A stretch of DNA of 64,000 nt, taken from assembly GCA_964016885.1 (NCBI GenBank), contig OZ024740.1:186868001-186932000 (forward strand), read 5' to 3'. Shown here in pieces: positions 26,876 to 39,269 of the stretch (position 1 is its first letter; the number at the start of each line of letters is the position of its first letter). A program made the translations under genes and the position numbers. Under the pieces are notes generated by a model. That model had not been told where the DNA came from, searched no databases, and worked only from the letters and a program-made list of their open reading frames with translations. Origin of the DNA: Eledone cirrhosa. Its lineage: Eukaryota.

Positions 26876-27178
26876 ATGTGTGTGTGTGTGTGTGTGCATA
26901 TGTATGTATACATGTAACTATGTAAAGTATCATTGAATTATAAAGGAGAGAATGACAACTCAATAAATAAAGCAAATTTATTAATTTTTTATTCACTGTA
27001 AATATTATGGGAGAATGAAGGAAACTTTGGTTGTAAACATTTGATAAACTAAGTTCGATAAATGTTTTGATACAGAAATTTAGGGTCATTGAGTAACTGC
27101 TGCAGTATTTTCGGCTGATATAATGGATTACACACACATACACACATATGCACACACACACACATATATATGCACATA

Positions 27179-27238
<60 letters not shown>

Positions 27239-27272
27239 GGATAATTTCTTATATCTTTATTACGTTTATTGA

Positions 27273-27361
27273 GTAGTGACACGTGTTTAGCTATTGATCA
27301 ACTTAAGGTTCGATCTGTATTGATCTGGCCCGACTCTAGAATCAAAAGCTCATCAGACCAC
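27273..27361 (-). ncRNA. Hammerhead large-loop family, copy 3 (single core substitution GAAA>UAAA)
   Basis: The minus strand reads GUGGU-CUGAUGA-GCUUUUGAUU..GAUCAAUAGC-UAAAC-ACGU-GUC|ACUAC: 5-bp stem I, 9/10-bp stem II, palindromic stem III ACACGUGU. Confidence 0.65.
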
Positions 27362-27450
27362 AGTATAGGTCCGACGATGGTACACTTATAGTACTCAGGC
27401 GAAGCACTCAACATCGTAGATGCCACAAAAGCAGTATTAGATGGAGTATT

Positions 27451-27664
27451 AATATTAAGAAAATGAAGAGAGATCATATCACATTTTCAACATCATTTAT
27501 TCAATCACATCATCCCATTAGGCACATTTCAAAAGTACCGAAACATATTGAATTATTGTTGAATAACAATATTTCTCTACCTTCGAAATGTGCATAACAG
27601 GATGATATAATAGAATATAATGATGTTGTAAATGTGATACCATCTGTCTTCATTTTCTTAATAT
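27451..27664. repeat. Imperfect long inverted repeat (MITE-like fold-back)
   Basis: atattaagaaaatgaagagagatcatatcacattttcaacatcatt pairs with aatgatgttgtaaatgtgataccatctgtcttcattttcttaatat. The inner gcacatttc pairs with gaaatgtgc. Confidence 0.8.
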
Positions 27665-27669
27665 ATTTA

Positions 27670-27880
27670 TAGGTTGGGCCAAAAGTCACTTCTTACCTAT
27701 TTTTATTAATAAAACATTACAAATTAACTCAAACTAATTTTTCATGGAGGGTGTATTTTCCATAATTGGATCTTGTTTTTATTCAACTTTAATCTGAAAG
27801 AAGAAAAAATTATAATAGTTTAATAATAAAAAAAAAAATATGAATTTCTTTTAATAGGAATTGACCTTTTGTCCACCCTA
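27670..27880. mobile_element. Mariner-type MITE
   Basis: TAGGTTGGGCCAAAAGTCA ... TGACCTTTTGTCCACCCTA termini, resembling TTAGGTTGGTGCAAAAGT mariner TIRs. Confidence 0.65.
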
Positions 27881-27970
27881 ATATATATAAGTTATTTAAT
27901 TTGTTGGTTATTCAACAAAATTAGTTTATAACAGATTAGAAGCACTCTACAGTGTTTCTTCTAGAGTTTA

Positions 27971-28307
27971 ATATCAAAAGTGTTAATAAATGAAAACTAT
28001 CTTTATAAAACCATATTTATTTTATTATATATATTTCAAGGGTACCAAAACCTTTGGTACGCTTCCATCAGATAAAATATAAAAGTTGTTTTACAGATAG
28101 TGACATATTCAAAAGAAGAACTTATCGTTTTAAGTTCTGTTTGAATAGAACTTAAAACGATAAGTTCTTCTTTTGAATATGTCACTATCTGAAAAACAAC
28201 TTTTATATTTTATCTGATGAGAACGTACCAAATATTTTGGTACTCTTGAAATATATATAATAAAATAAATATGGTTTTATAAAAATAGTTTCCATTTATT
28301 AACATTT

Positions 28308-28313
<6 letters not shown>
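27971..28313. repeat. Near-perfect ~168-bp-arm palindrome (fold-back) with an 8-nt spacer
   Basis: Arms 27971-28138 and 28147-28313. The inner agatagtgacatattcaaaagaagaacttatcgttttaagttct is exactly complemented, with scattered mismatches further out. Confidence 0.93.
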
Positions 28314-28378
<65 letters not shown>

Positions 28379-28411
28379 AGCTTTTTCATAGGGTTATAAT
28401 CTTATAAAGTC

Positions 28412-28657
28412 TTTATACAATAAAACTTATTCAGAAAATGGTAGTGAAGGTAGGAATTTATTTACTTGTGAAGTATTTTGTAGTGGGTGAAGTTTCAATT
28501 TTAAAAATGTATTTATAAATAGTATTCTTCACGTTTTATACTATTAATACACATGATCTTAAAATTTAATCATCACCCACTACAGAATATTTCCCAAACA
28601 ACTTCTCAAGTGGGTAAAACTTCAACACCATTTTGAAAATAGTTTTTTCCTGTATAA
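28412..28657. repeat. Diverged inverted-repeat element
   Basis: tattttgtagtgggtga pairs with tcacccactacagaata. The outer ttataca..aaaatggtagtgaag pairs with cttcaacaccatttt..tgtataa. Confidence 0.6.
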
Positions 28658-28862
28658 ATAAATGTAAGAAAATTTTGTATCTCTATTATTAGTTTACTAA
28701 AGTAAAGCAGAGTCCTTATCCACCTAATATGTATAATAAATTTCACTCCAATAATATTGAGTCACCTGATCAGTAAATACTTGTTGCTATTCATAAATCT
28801 ATAATCCAACAACCACTATATTTATATATATATATATTTATATACATGTATATATATATATA

Positions 28863-28914
<52 letters not shown>

Positions 28915-29578
28915 TATGTATATATATGTCTGTCTGTACATATGTATGCCTATCTTTCTGTCTGTCTGTGTGTATGTATGCATGTTTGCCTCTCTGTCTG
29001 TCTGTCTGCCAGTCTGTATGTATATATAAATATATTTTTTAAAGATAGATAAATATACACGGGAAAAATAAAACTCCATGGAAAATATAACAGAAAATAT
29101 TTTATGATAGATAAATTAAAATTATATTTATATCTTTGTCTTATAGATTATTTTATTTGGCACATCCTGTTAACACAAAAAGTAACCAAGTGATTTTCAT
29201 AATGTATGTCTAAGATTTCATATATTTCACAATTGAAAAAGAAATCAAGAAAAAAACTTATGTATATATATATATATGTATGTGTACATAAGTGTGTGTA
29301 GTGTGTGTGTGTATAGATAGAATAAGTTCTTCCATTCCAATGGTTTGAAATCGCTGGTATTGTTTCTTTCATTCTTGAGGCCATGATAGGGAGAAGATTA
29401 TATGAGTTAGACTGACATATTTTAGTCAGTCTTGTTTATACTCTAGATCAAGGAAGAGAAGCACTCTATGTAATGTACAGAGCCAAAATATATTTTATGA
29501 ATAATATTTCGACATAAATGCATGTTATCGATATTTCAAATTCAACCAGCATTGGACATAGTCATACCGCCTGCTAGG

Positions 29579-29620
<42 letters not shown>

Positions 29621-29989
29621 ATATATATATATATGCATATATATGTGTGTTTTGGATTAATAAGAATTATTCAAAACAATTATATGTAATTAATGCCATC
29701 AAATTCTGGTGTGGGGTTAATTATATTGACCCAGGTACTTTACTGGTACTATAATGTATCCCCCCCCCCCCTCAAAAAAAAAGGAGGAAAGGCAAATTGT
29801 AAACTCGGAAACAAATCGGTCTGTAATTAAATAGAGCAAGCTGCTCATTTTAATTTCTTAAACATCTATTTCTCAGCTAGTCATACTTAACACTTTTTTA
29901 CAAGATGAAATTGAAAATATTTTCATTGGAAGTTTAGTATGCAAACTAATTCAGATTACACAGTCACATTTGACCTCATTAAACATGTT

Positions 29990-30310
29990 ATTGTTAATGT
30001 TCACTTTCCCTGCTAGCAAGAGTTGGAAGGGTCTACATAGTCCAGATTACTACTGAATCAGATCTGCTGATCTCCTGGACATGCCAGCGATCTTCATTTT
30101 GCTTATGTACAGTTTCACATTCTACCGAGTGCACAGGAGAGGCTGTCATGTCTTTGACAAAACTGAAGGGTCCTCCAACCCTTTGTTTGGCAAGCTTTCT
30201 ACAACAACATGCCCTTCTTATCTTTACAGTGAGTACTGGTTGCATTTATTATGTCAGTCACACATTGGAGAGGTTGCCATACCATTGCACAACTGAAGGG
30301 CCCTCTCAAA
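29990..30310 (-). mobile_element. RTE-tailed SINE (family C)
   Basis: gttaatgttcactttccctgctagcaagagttgga is the reverse-complemented tail. aaccctttgtttggcaagctttct is shared with 49117-49140. Confidence 0.6.
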
Positions 30311-32410
30311 CTCCTCCCTTTTCTATAATGCTTTGCTGAAATGAGTTAGATGCTTAGAAATTATAGTGACTTTAGATATTAAATTAAAATCATCTTGATA
30401 TATATCAATATGTAACTCCTTATTCTATTAGCAAATTGTACGACTGAAATTATACACAATGGCTTCTGTAATGATATAGATTACTAGTTTACAAATATCT
30501 ATACATATCAGAATGTTTAAGAAGATACCAAATTAGGATGTACTCTTTTAGCATATTATGTAATATTTGCTAACCTTTTCTAATATAGCTCAGTGAAAAT
30601 CTTTTTGCAAAATAAAATATTGAAAAAATGAAAAAATTAGTATTCATAAATGAATAGCTGATGCTTCACAAAAACAAAAACTTCTCAGCTTCTTTGAATT
30701 TTGAGAGAGGCAGGCATTCTCTACAACAGAGGCCCAAAAGCTGTATTGTTCTGTCATGCCAATTTATCTTGGAATCCCTCACCCCACTTAATCATAAAAT
30801 GGCAATGACATGTTTCAGAATCCAGGAAATTATTAGCATACACAGAATAAATTATTTAAATCTGATTAGCATAGTTCAAAGGATTTAAAAGCTTTGAATG
30901 TTTCTGTATTTCAATACTACACAATATTAAAATGAACTAACTCGCTTCTTAACTCTTAACATCCTGTCATTATTTAGCAAAAAATATCTAAAGACAGTTT
31001 TGTTAAATCAAATATTCCTAGTATATTTACTATGCAACAGTTCATTGTGAAAATTTGCAATATGAGATTTAACATTTCTAATTGTTATAAGTGGTAATCA
31101 GTCATATTCCTGTTTTATACTTTTTAAGACTGTCTTAATAATGTAGTTTCATGTGGTCAAGCGAATTAAGAGTTAAGTAAGTTGTTATCTAAATATTTCA
31201 TTTTTTCCATATTAGAGAAGTAACTGCAAATAAAAATAGAGTGAATACTTGAATACTGAATTGTATGTCCTTGATAATAACTAGTCTTCAATCTCCTCAT
31301 AAATAATCTAACTAATTAGAAAGTTAGGAATTTATATCCCCAAAACCTCAAATAGGAAACACTGAAGGTAAAGTGGAAATAGAAACACACACTCTGATAT
31401 TTTCTTAGGATGTTGAATAAAAAGAATGTAATTTCACACAAAATAATATACAAAACAAAACAGAAATCTAACTATAAAGAAGGTGTGAATTCACAAAATA
31501 TCAATATAAGTCTTATTTAGGGTGACAACAAATTCTTTAATGATGTTAAGAACTTGTAACATTATAGAATGTTCAACAAACTTTTCAATATGGTTCCTGA
31601 TTTTATTCTTTAACTTAGTCACATTCATTGTGTCACTTCCAATATTTTGTACGTTTTGTTATATGTACCAATGTGTTGCACAAATTAACTTTCAAGAAGC
31701 TTGCAATTTAGGAAAAAGCTACAATATACTACAAACACAGGTTTTGTTGACAATATATTTTGTATAGCCATTCAATCATTTTAGGTGCATTGAAGAAAAC
31801 CAGACATGGTACACCTTTTATTATAACTATGATGGTTTTAGTTATTGAACCATCATTTCTAACTGATTAGAGTGTAATCAGTTGATTTTGTAAGTTGAAT
31901 ATAAAACTAGATTCATGTAGAGTCATCAATTCAATGATTATTCCATACCATTTCATTTGGTTAACCATTTTAATTTCATGAATCCATTTAATTCAACCTT
32001 GGCATGTAACAGTAATGGAAAAATTGAGATTTAAAAGAAAAAAAAGGAGAGAAATTGACATACAGAATACAAAATGTGAATCACCTTTTAGAAAATAAAT
32101 ATATAAAACTGCACTAAAAATAATAATAATAATAATAAACTCTTTTTAATAAGGTTAGTCACATTTCTTTTTACATTGAACATGCATCATAAATACTTAT
32201 TTGCAATCACCTAAACAAATACAAATAAACCGACAATGCAAAACGTCTTCAGTTAATAATAGAAGTCTTAACAAATAAATTGATGATGAATATGTCCGTC
32301 TTTGACTCCTGCACTTTCTTTTTAATCAAATGTGTTAACAATAGATTACCAAACAAATTTCAGGCTGTATCCACAAATATACATATTTTATACATATACA
32401 TATATATATA

Positions 32411-32474
<64 letters not shown>

Positions 32475-32720
32475 ATATATATATATATATAAACATACAT
32501 ATATGCATATGTATATGTATATATTTATATATAACATGCATACAACATAGAAATATGTATCTACACATGCATGTGTATATGTGTGTATGTGTTTATATAT
32601 ATACATATATGAACTTTTATGCTTATGATTTAATTGCTTCTTAAAGGTCTATGCACTTTCATGCCTGCAGTATTTTAGTTTTGTATATATATACATATAT
32701 ATATATGATATATATATATA

Positions 32721-32802
<82 letters not shown>

Positions 32803-33608
32803 GTTCTCCAAATGGCATGCACATGCAATTCAACTTTTTATCTTTTCGGGGTTCAACAAAGGAAGACAACCCACATCATTGCACTTATTGCAAGGCAATG
32901 TTAATTATTTTTAGTTACAAAGCAATTTACAATTTAATCACCTCTAGAAAGTTGTTGCCCTGTCAATTGCAATTTCAAGCTAGATTTATTTGATAAAATT
33001 ATGAACTAAACTAGTTACATAGCTCATACACTCCAGCAGAGTAATATTCTTTGCCAAACCTACATAATAGTTTCAATGAAGGCAAAAATACATTCACTTC
33101 AGTTGGTATTCTTTACAATTCATGTTAAATTTTAAACCTATTACTTTAAGAAAGTCATGTTATCAATGTAAAGTTTTATAATTATTACAATTACAATTAA
33201 CGATGTAATATTTAGTACTTCTTTATTATCTACATTATCATCAGGTGTTAATGTAATAACATTTACAATCGAGCTAAATGAAAAAAAAAAACCTAAGAAA
33301 TAAATCTGACAGATTCATTATATTTAAAGTTTTCACAATAATTCCATACAACATATGGAATACCAAAATAAACAAAGCATGTATGCTTTTATTTCTGATA
33401 TGAATTAAGTCAAATCCCAAAACAATGATTCCCATGTTGTTAAGGACATGAAATTTGTTTTGTTTTTTAATTTAACCCAAAAGATAAGGGTTTAGTTTTG
33501 TGTCCTTGTATATAATACAAAAACCAAACAATAGCATTCAAATTGAAAGAAAACAAAATGTTCATTGACACACACTTATATACACATATATACTTATATA
33601 TATATATG

Positions 33609-33639
<31 letters not shown>

Positions 33640-34139
33640 TCATATATATAACACATGTATATATATAGAGAGAGAAACACACACACACACATGCATATAT
33701 ATATATAATGTAGATAAAATATATTGCTTGTTGTGGACTATTTAGTTAAAGAACCGTTTGTCATAATGCAAAAATGAAAATTACATTGAAATTTTTATAA
33801 AATTTTATAATCCTATTTAACTACTCCAAAATATTTGAACCACTATAATGAAAGACAAACAACAGGAAATAGATAGAGAATAGAGATAGAGAATTGACAA
33901 GTTTGTGCAATAATAGGGCAACAGATAAATTGGCAACTGTCCTAGTGAGATCTTTTTAATAGATTATGAAGCCTAAATTCGATTTTTTTCTTCAAAATTC
34001 TTGTCTTCCCTTTGGCCATTTGTAAATGATAAAAGGTTAACTGCATGTCCATCTGCTCATGAGTTAATGTTGATGTACTAGGATATGAAAATTCTGAAGT
34101 TCACTTTGGCTATCCTGCTTTGCCAGAAGATTGTAACAG

Positions 34140-34237
34140 AATGATATGCTTGTGACCAATCGAAGGCACTCTTGGGTGCTGGTGTGGAGTCGTGGATACT
34201 GCTGGAACCATTTATGCAAGACTGGACAATGGCCTAG
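34140..34237 (+). CDS. Candidate exon (NDMLVTNRRHSWVLVWSRGYCWNHLCKTGQWP..)
   Basis: GC-richer unique island with taacag| acceptor or internal ATG at 34146, an open frame and a strong CTAG|gtgagt donor at 34237/34238. Contains an RRHSW PKA-type motif. Confidence 0.35.
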
Positions 34238-35377
34238 GTGAGTTCCTTATAAAGGGTTGAAAAATAATATTATATATATTTCTAATGTTTAATTGCAGTA
34301 GCCACAGCCAATGAGAATTTTATTTTTTTCTGAGGTTTGGTTATTTGCAAGTTGTAAACATGTTTCATCTGAATAATTATGCATTAATTTATTTAAATAC
34401 TCATATTTTATTTTGTTTGTTTCAACACATATCCATTTCTATGTCAGCAGTCTCACATATTGATGTACATTGATTCCTATACAATATCTTATGGTGAAAA
34501 ACTTAGACAAGAAAAAGCTTCAACATTATATAAAACTATTCAATATAATAAAAGAAAAACCAAAGAAAATATGAAATTCCCTTAAAGAAAGACTAGTTTA
34601 ACTGATTATTTATAACTAAATAATGCTAGCACTCATGTGAATTATCAGAATTAAATTTTAGGTCAAACTGTTGTAGAAGTGAAATGTGAGAAGGAAATAT
34701 GTTTCATATATGAAATATGGCTAGGAATTTGATGCTAATTTCATTTATACATTTTATAATACATATATCTGAGTTGTGTAGTGTTTTAATTTTACAAATT
34801 CTTTCACTAATCAATAAGTTTGACTGACATCAACAGTTGTTCAGGATGGTACCACGGTATGCTTAGAAACAAATAATACTAAATGTCAATGCTTGGTTAA
34901 TTCATCGAAATTTCTCTACTTTAGTGACATCAGATGGTTCTTGATGAAGGAAAAGGGAAGTTTTATGCAAGAATATGGTGTATGTGCATATGTATGCATA
35001 TATGTAGGGGTGTATATATATATTTGTGTATGTGTGTGTGTTTGTGTTTATTTTTAAGTACATTTAAGTGTGGAAAGTGCACTTAATATGAAGGTGATCA
35101 GATTTTTTCATTTAACATCTGTATACATAACTTAACAATTCCAATTACATGCACCAAGCAGACTTTGAAATGTAAAGCTTGGGGAGGTGGTATGACGGGG
35201 CCCTCTAATCTGAAGTGCACCCCACCCCCAAGTTATAAATCTAACCCTGTATATCTATGTGAAGAAATAGAGAGTGTGTGTTTAAAAGTTCTGTATTTGT
35301 AGTGGATGCAAATGTTATGTTCTTTACATCGTTTAAATAATAGTGGTTCTGATAACACTACTGAATCTTGTACTATT

Positions 35378-35378
<1 letters not shown>

Positions 35379-35415
<37 letters not shown>

Positions 35416-36742
35416 TTTACGTTCGCTTTTCCCTGCTTGCAAGCGATGAACAGGTCCTATTCAGTACAGCATCTCTCCACTTGTCACAGTCCTTCGTCAT
35501 CTCCTCGGAGAGTTTCAGCGATCTGAGGTCTGCTGTCACCACCTCTGCCCATGTTTTACATGGTCTGCCTCTTCTGTGTCTTCCTTCTACTGAGATTTCT
35601 TGGCACTTCTTTACCCAGCAGTCATCCTCCATGCGCATCACATGTCCATACCATCTCAGACTTCTCTCCTGCACACCACAACTTATCCCTCTTATACCCA
35701 GTTTCTTTCTCAACTCATCCATGCTTGGTCGTTCACGTACATTGACATTGCACATCCAACGAAGCATACTAGCTTCATTTCTCTCCAGCCATCGCATATC
35801 CTCTGCCTATGTCTCACTACCATGCAGCATCATGCATCTCACACAGGCATCATATAACCGTCCTTTCGTATGCAGGGAGAAACCCTCCTTTGTCAACAAA
35901 GGAAGCAGCTACCTAAATTTCTTCCAACCCGTCCTTATTCTAGATACTATGGCCTCGGAACCTCCCCCCTCCCATGCTAATCTGATCACCTAGGTACCAG
36001 AAGCTATCAACCACTTCTATAGCACCCACCAGCATTTGAAAAATGTGTCTATCAATGCAACTTCTACTGTCAAATTCCCTGTACATCTACTGCATACATA
36101 GTTTTCCCTACCTGTTAGTTCGCCTGCTATCCTACTACATCTCTTGTGTACGCAAGATCTGCATTGTGTACATTTTATGGAATTTATGCCAGTTCCTTTC
36201 CTACATATCGAACATGGCCATTTCCCTCATGGAATCGGAGTATTGTCCTCTCTTCTACTTATCAACACTTTTGTCTTAGCTAGGTTCACTCTCAGTCCTC
36301 TTGATTCCAACTGCTGTTTCTATAGCCAGAATTTATTCTCTAGCTCCTCTACTGATTCTGCTATAAGAGCCAGATCATCAGCATAGAGAAGTTCCCATGG
36401 GCATCCAGTCTTAAACTCCTCTGTTATGGCTTGGAGGACTATAATGAAAAAGAGCGGGCTGAGGACAGAACCCTGATGTACACCTACTTGTATCTGGAAT
36501 TCCTCACTAAACTCCATACCTACTCTCACTTTACTGACAGTACCCCTGTACATAGCTTTCACTGCCATCACAAGCGATTCCTCCACACCTAGTTTCCTTA
36601 GGGACCACCAGATGACAGATTGGGTTACTCTATCAAAGGTCTTCTCTAGGTCAACAAAAGCTAAGTACACTGGCTTATTCTTCTCTAAGAACTTCTCTTG
36701 TAGTTGCCTCACTAAGAAGAGAGCATCTGTTGTACTTTTACC
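35379..36742 (-). mobile_element. RTE-clade LINE, 5'-truncated, RT with embedded PHD-like finger
   Basis: GKSTTDALF..AFVDLEKTFDRV..GVHQGSVLSPLFF..LLYADDLAL (ORF 36320-36712), a Cys-rich insert, YLG, LRWYGHVMRM..GRPCKTW (ORF 35417-35797), and a (GAT)n tail. Contains stops and frameshifts. Confidence 0.95.
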
Positions 36743-37479
36743 ATATTCAGAAGAGTCGAGTGTTCTTTAATTCTTATCATGATTTAGGGGAAAATGTTTT
36801 AAAATAGCTTTATTAATTCAAATTATTTTGATATCTTTACTACTGACATTGTGAAAATTTGCAGAGATAAACTAAAGAATGTAATATTTAATGTAATGCA
36901 GTCAATTATGCTAAACATGATGTTGCATGTGTGTGGTTGTAAACTGACTCTGAGCATCCTGTCATGATTTAACAGAAAATATATAAAATGCATTTGGTAA
37001 TTTAAATGTTTATAATGTCTTTATTAGTGGACAGATCATCGTAAAAAATTAGAGTATTAGAGTAAAGGCTTTACTTGTAAATGTGATGCAGTCATTCTGC
37101 TGTTTTGTACTTGTTAATCTGGTTTCATGTAGCACAGTATGTTAAGAATTAAAGAATGATAGGAGTGGTAACAGGTAGATAGTATCAGCAATAAAAAGGC
37201 CAATGGAATCATTATTCCTTTTGTCCGGTTTGTTGAGTTCCACCAAACTCGATACATGAATGAGGTCTGGGATCTTATCAATGAATCAAACAATTGTTAC
37301 AAACAGATTGGTTAAGTGATTGAAGCAAGGTTATTATTTTATGGGTACAAAATTAGTAGTTGATGTTATAAGAGAGTTATTAAAGATTTGATAAATATTA
37401 AGGCCCGTAATAATCATACACCTTCTATACATCAAGTTATAGCAATACAAATTTATCAACACAAATATAGTTATATGCG

Positions 37480-37890
37480 TGTGCATAACTATGTGTATTT
37501 GACTGCAAGTGTGTATGTATGTTATATATGTAAATATGACTGTTTAAATGTATATGTATGTATTACTACATATGTGTGCATGACGATATATATTATTTAT
37601 TTATAACTGTATGTGTATATATATATATGAGTAATTGTATGTATGCATATGAGTATATGTATGAGTGTGTATGAATGTATGTATATGAATACATATATGC
37701 ATATGTGATTGTATGTATGTAATTATGTATGTATAGATGGGTATGTGTATAGGTATGTCTGTCTACATGTATGTATGTTTGTGAGTATGTATATGAGTGT
37801 GTATGGGAGTATATTTGTATATGTGATTGTATGTACGTATGGGTATGTATGTTTGTGTGTGTGTAGGTATGTCTGCCTATATGTATGTAT
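37480..37890. repeat. Degenerate TG/TA low-complexity tract
   Basis: Irregular (TATG/TGTA/GAGT) units. Confidence 0.85.
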
Positions 37891-38124
37891 AAGATACCAG
37901 TATAGGAAACCTCACTCAAAATTCAAAGCTTCACTCTATTGTTTTACAAATTTTCTCTCCCAATGGTTGCTAGACTACTTAATAATCAAACAGAAGAATA
38001 ATAAATTTTACTAGACAGCTTATATTTCTAAAGTATCACCAGGGAAATTTTCCTACAAAAAATGATGAGTTAATTCTATAAACTAAAACTGAAATGAAAA
38101 CGAAATGTATAATAATAATAATAA

Positions 38125-39160
38125 TAATTGTTTCTACTTTTGGCACAAGGCCAGCAATTATCCCAGTGTATTACTGGTACTTTATTTTATCAAACCCATA
38201 AGGATGAAAGGCAAAGTTAAACTCGACAGGATTTGAACTCAGATCATAAAGGGCCGTGACTCTATGCTGCAAAGCATGGCATCTGACCTTCTACCAATAC
38301 TGCCAATCCACTGCTCTTGATTTCTGATTTAGGCACAAGGCAAACAATTTTTGGAGAAAGGGAAAGTCGATAACATCGACCATAGTGCATTACTGTAAGG
38401 ATGAAAGGGAAAGTTAACCTCAGCAGGATTTGAAATCAGAAAGTCAAGGGCCATAACTATGCCATGAAGCATGGTGTCCGACACTCTACCAATACAGCCA
38501 ATCCACTGCCCTCAATCATAATAATAATAATTGTTTCTACTTTTAGCACAAGGCCAGCAATTACCCAGTACATTACTGGTACTTTATTTTATGGACCCCG
38601 TAAGGATGAAAAGCAAAGTTAACCCCGGCGGGATTTCAACTCAGTCCGTAATGGGACGTAACTCTATGCTGGAAAGCATGGCGTTTGATGTTCTACCGAT
38701 ACTGCCAATCCCTCGCCCTAATAATAATAATTGTTTCTACACAAGGCCAGTAATTATCCCAGTGTATTACTGGTACTTCATTTTATCAACCCCGTAGGGA
38801 TGAAAGGCAAAGTTAACTTCGGTGGCATTTGAACTCAGACCATAAAGGGCCATAATAATAATAATAATGATCTCTACTATAAGTACAAGTCCAGCAATTT
38901 GGGGAGAGGAGAAAGTCGATTACCAGTGCATTACTGGTGCTTTATCTCATCAACCCATAAGGATGAAAGGCAAAGCTAAACTCAGCAGGATTTGAAATTA
39001 GAACGTAAAGTGCCATAACTCTATGCTGCAAAGCATGGTATCCAACACGTTACCAATACTGCCAATCCACCACCCTATAATAACAATAATAATTGTTTCT
39101 ACTTTTGGCACAAGGCCAGCAAATTACCCAGTTCATTACTGGTACTTTATTTTATCCAAC
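38125..39160 (-). mobile_element. Head-to-tail stack of six SINE family A copies or fragments, mostly separated by (AAT)n
   Basis: The tail motif ttgtttctact..cacaaggccagcaatt or variants recurs at about 38128, 38322, 38531, 38731, 38872 and 39093. Confidence 0.9.
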
Positions 39161-39220
39161 CATGGCTCGCTCTTTTGGTATAGTGTCAGTATAACGTCTG
39201 CCAGAACAAAAGCGTTATGG

Positions 39221-39256
<36 letters not shown>

Positions 39257-39269
39257 GTAACAATAATAA

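Noticed and set aside
34140-34237. Assigning the host gene as PDE4/dunce or AKAP13 from RRHSW
   Set aside because: A five-residue kinase motif is insufficient, and no conserved domain exon of either gene is visible in the window.
35343-35993. Longest ORF (216 aa, + strand)
   Set aside because: It is the antisense shadow of the minus-strand RTE LINE plus its (CAT)n tail.
38125-39160. Regularly recurring ~30-nt motif resembling a CRISPR array
   Set aside because: The 'spacers' are homologous SINE bodies, the context is eukaryotic, and there are no cas genes.
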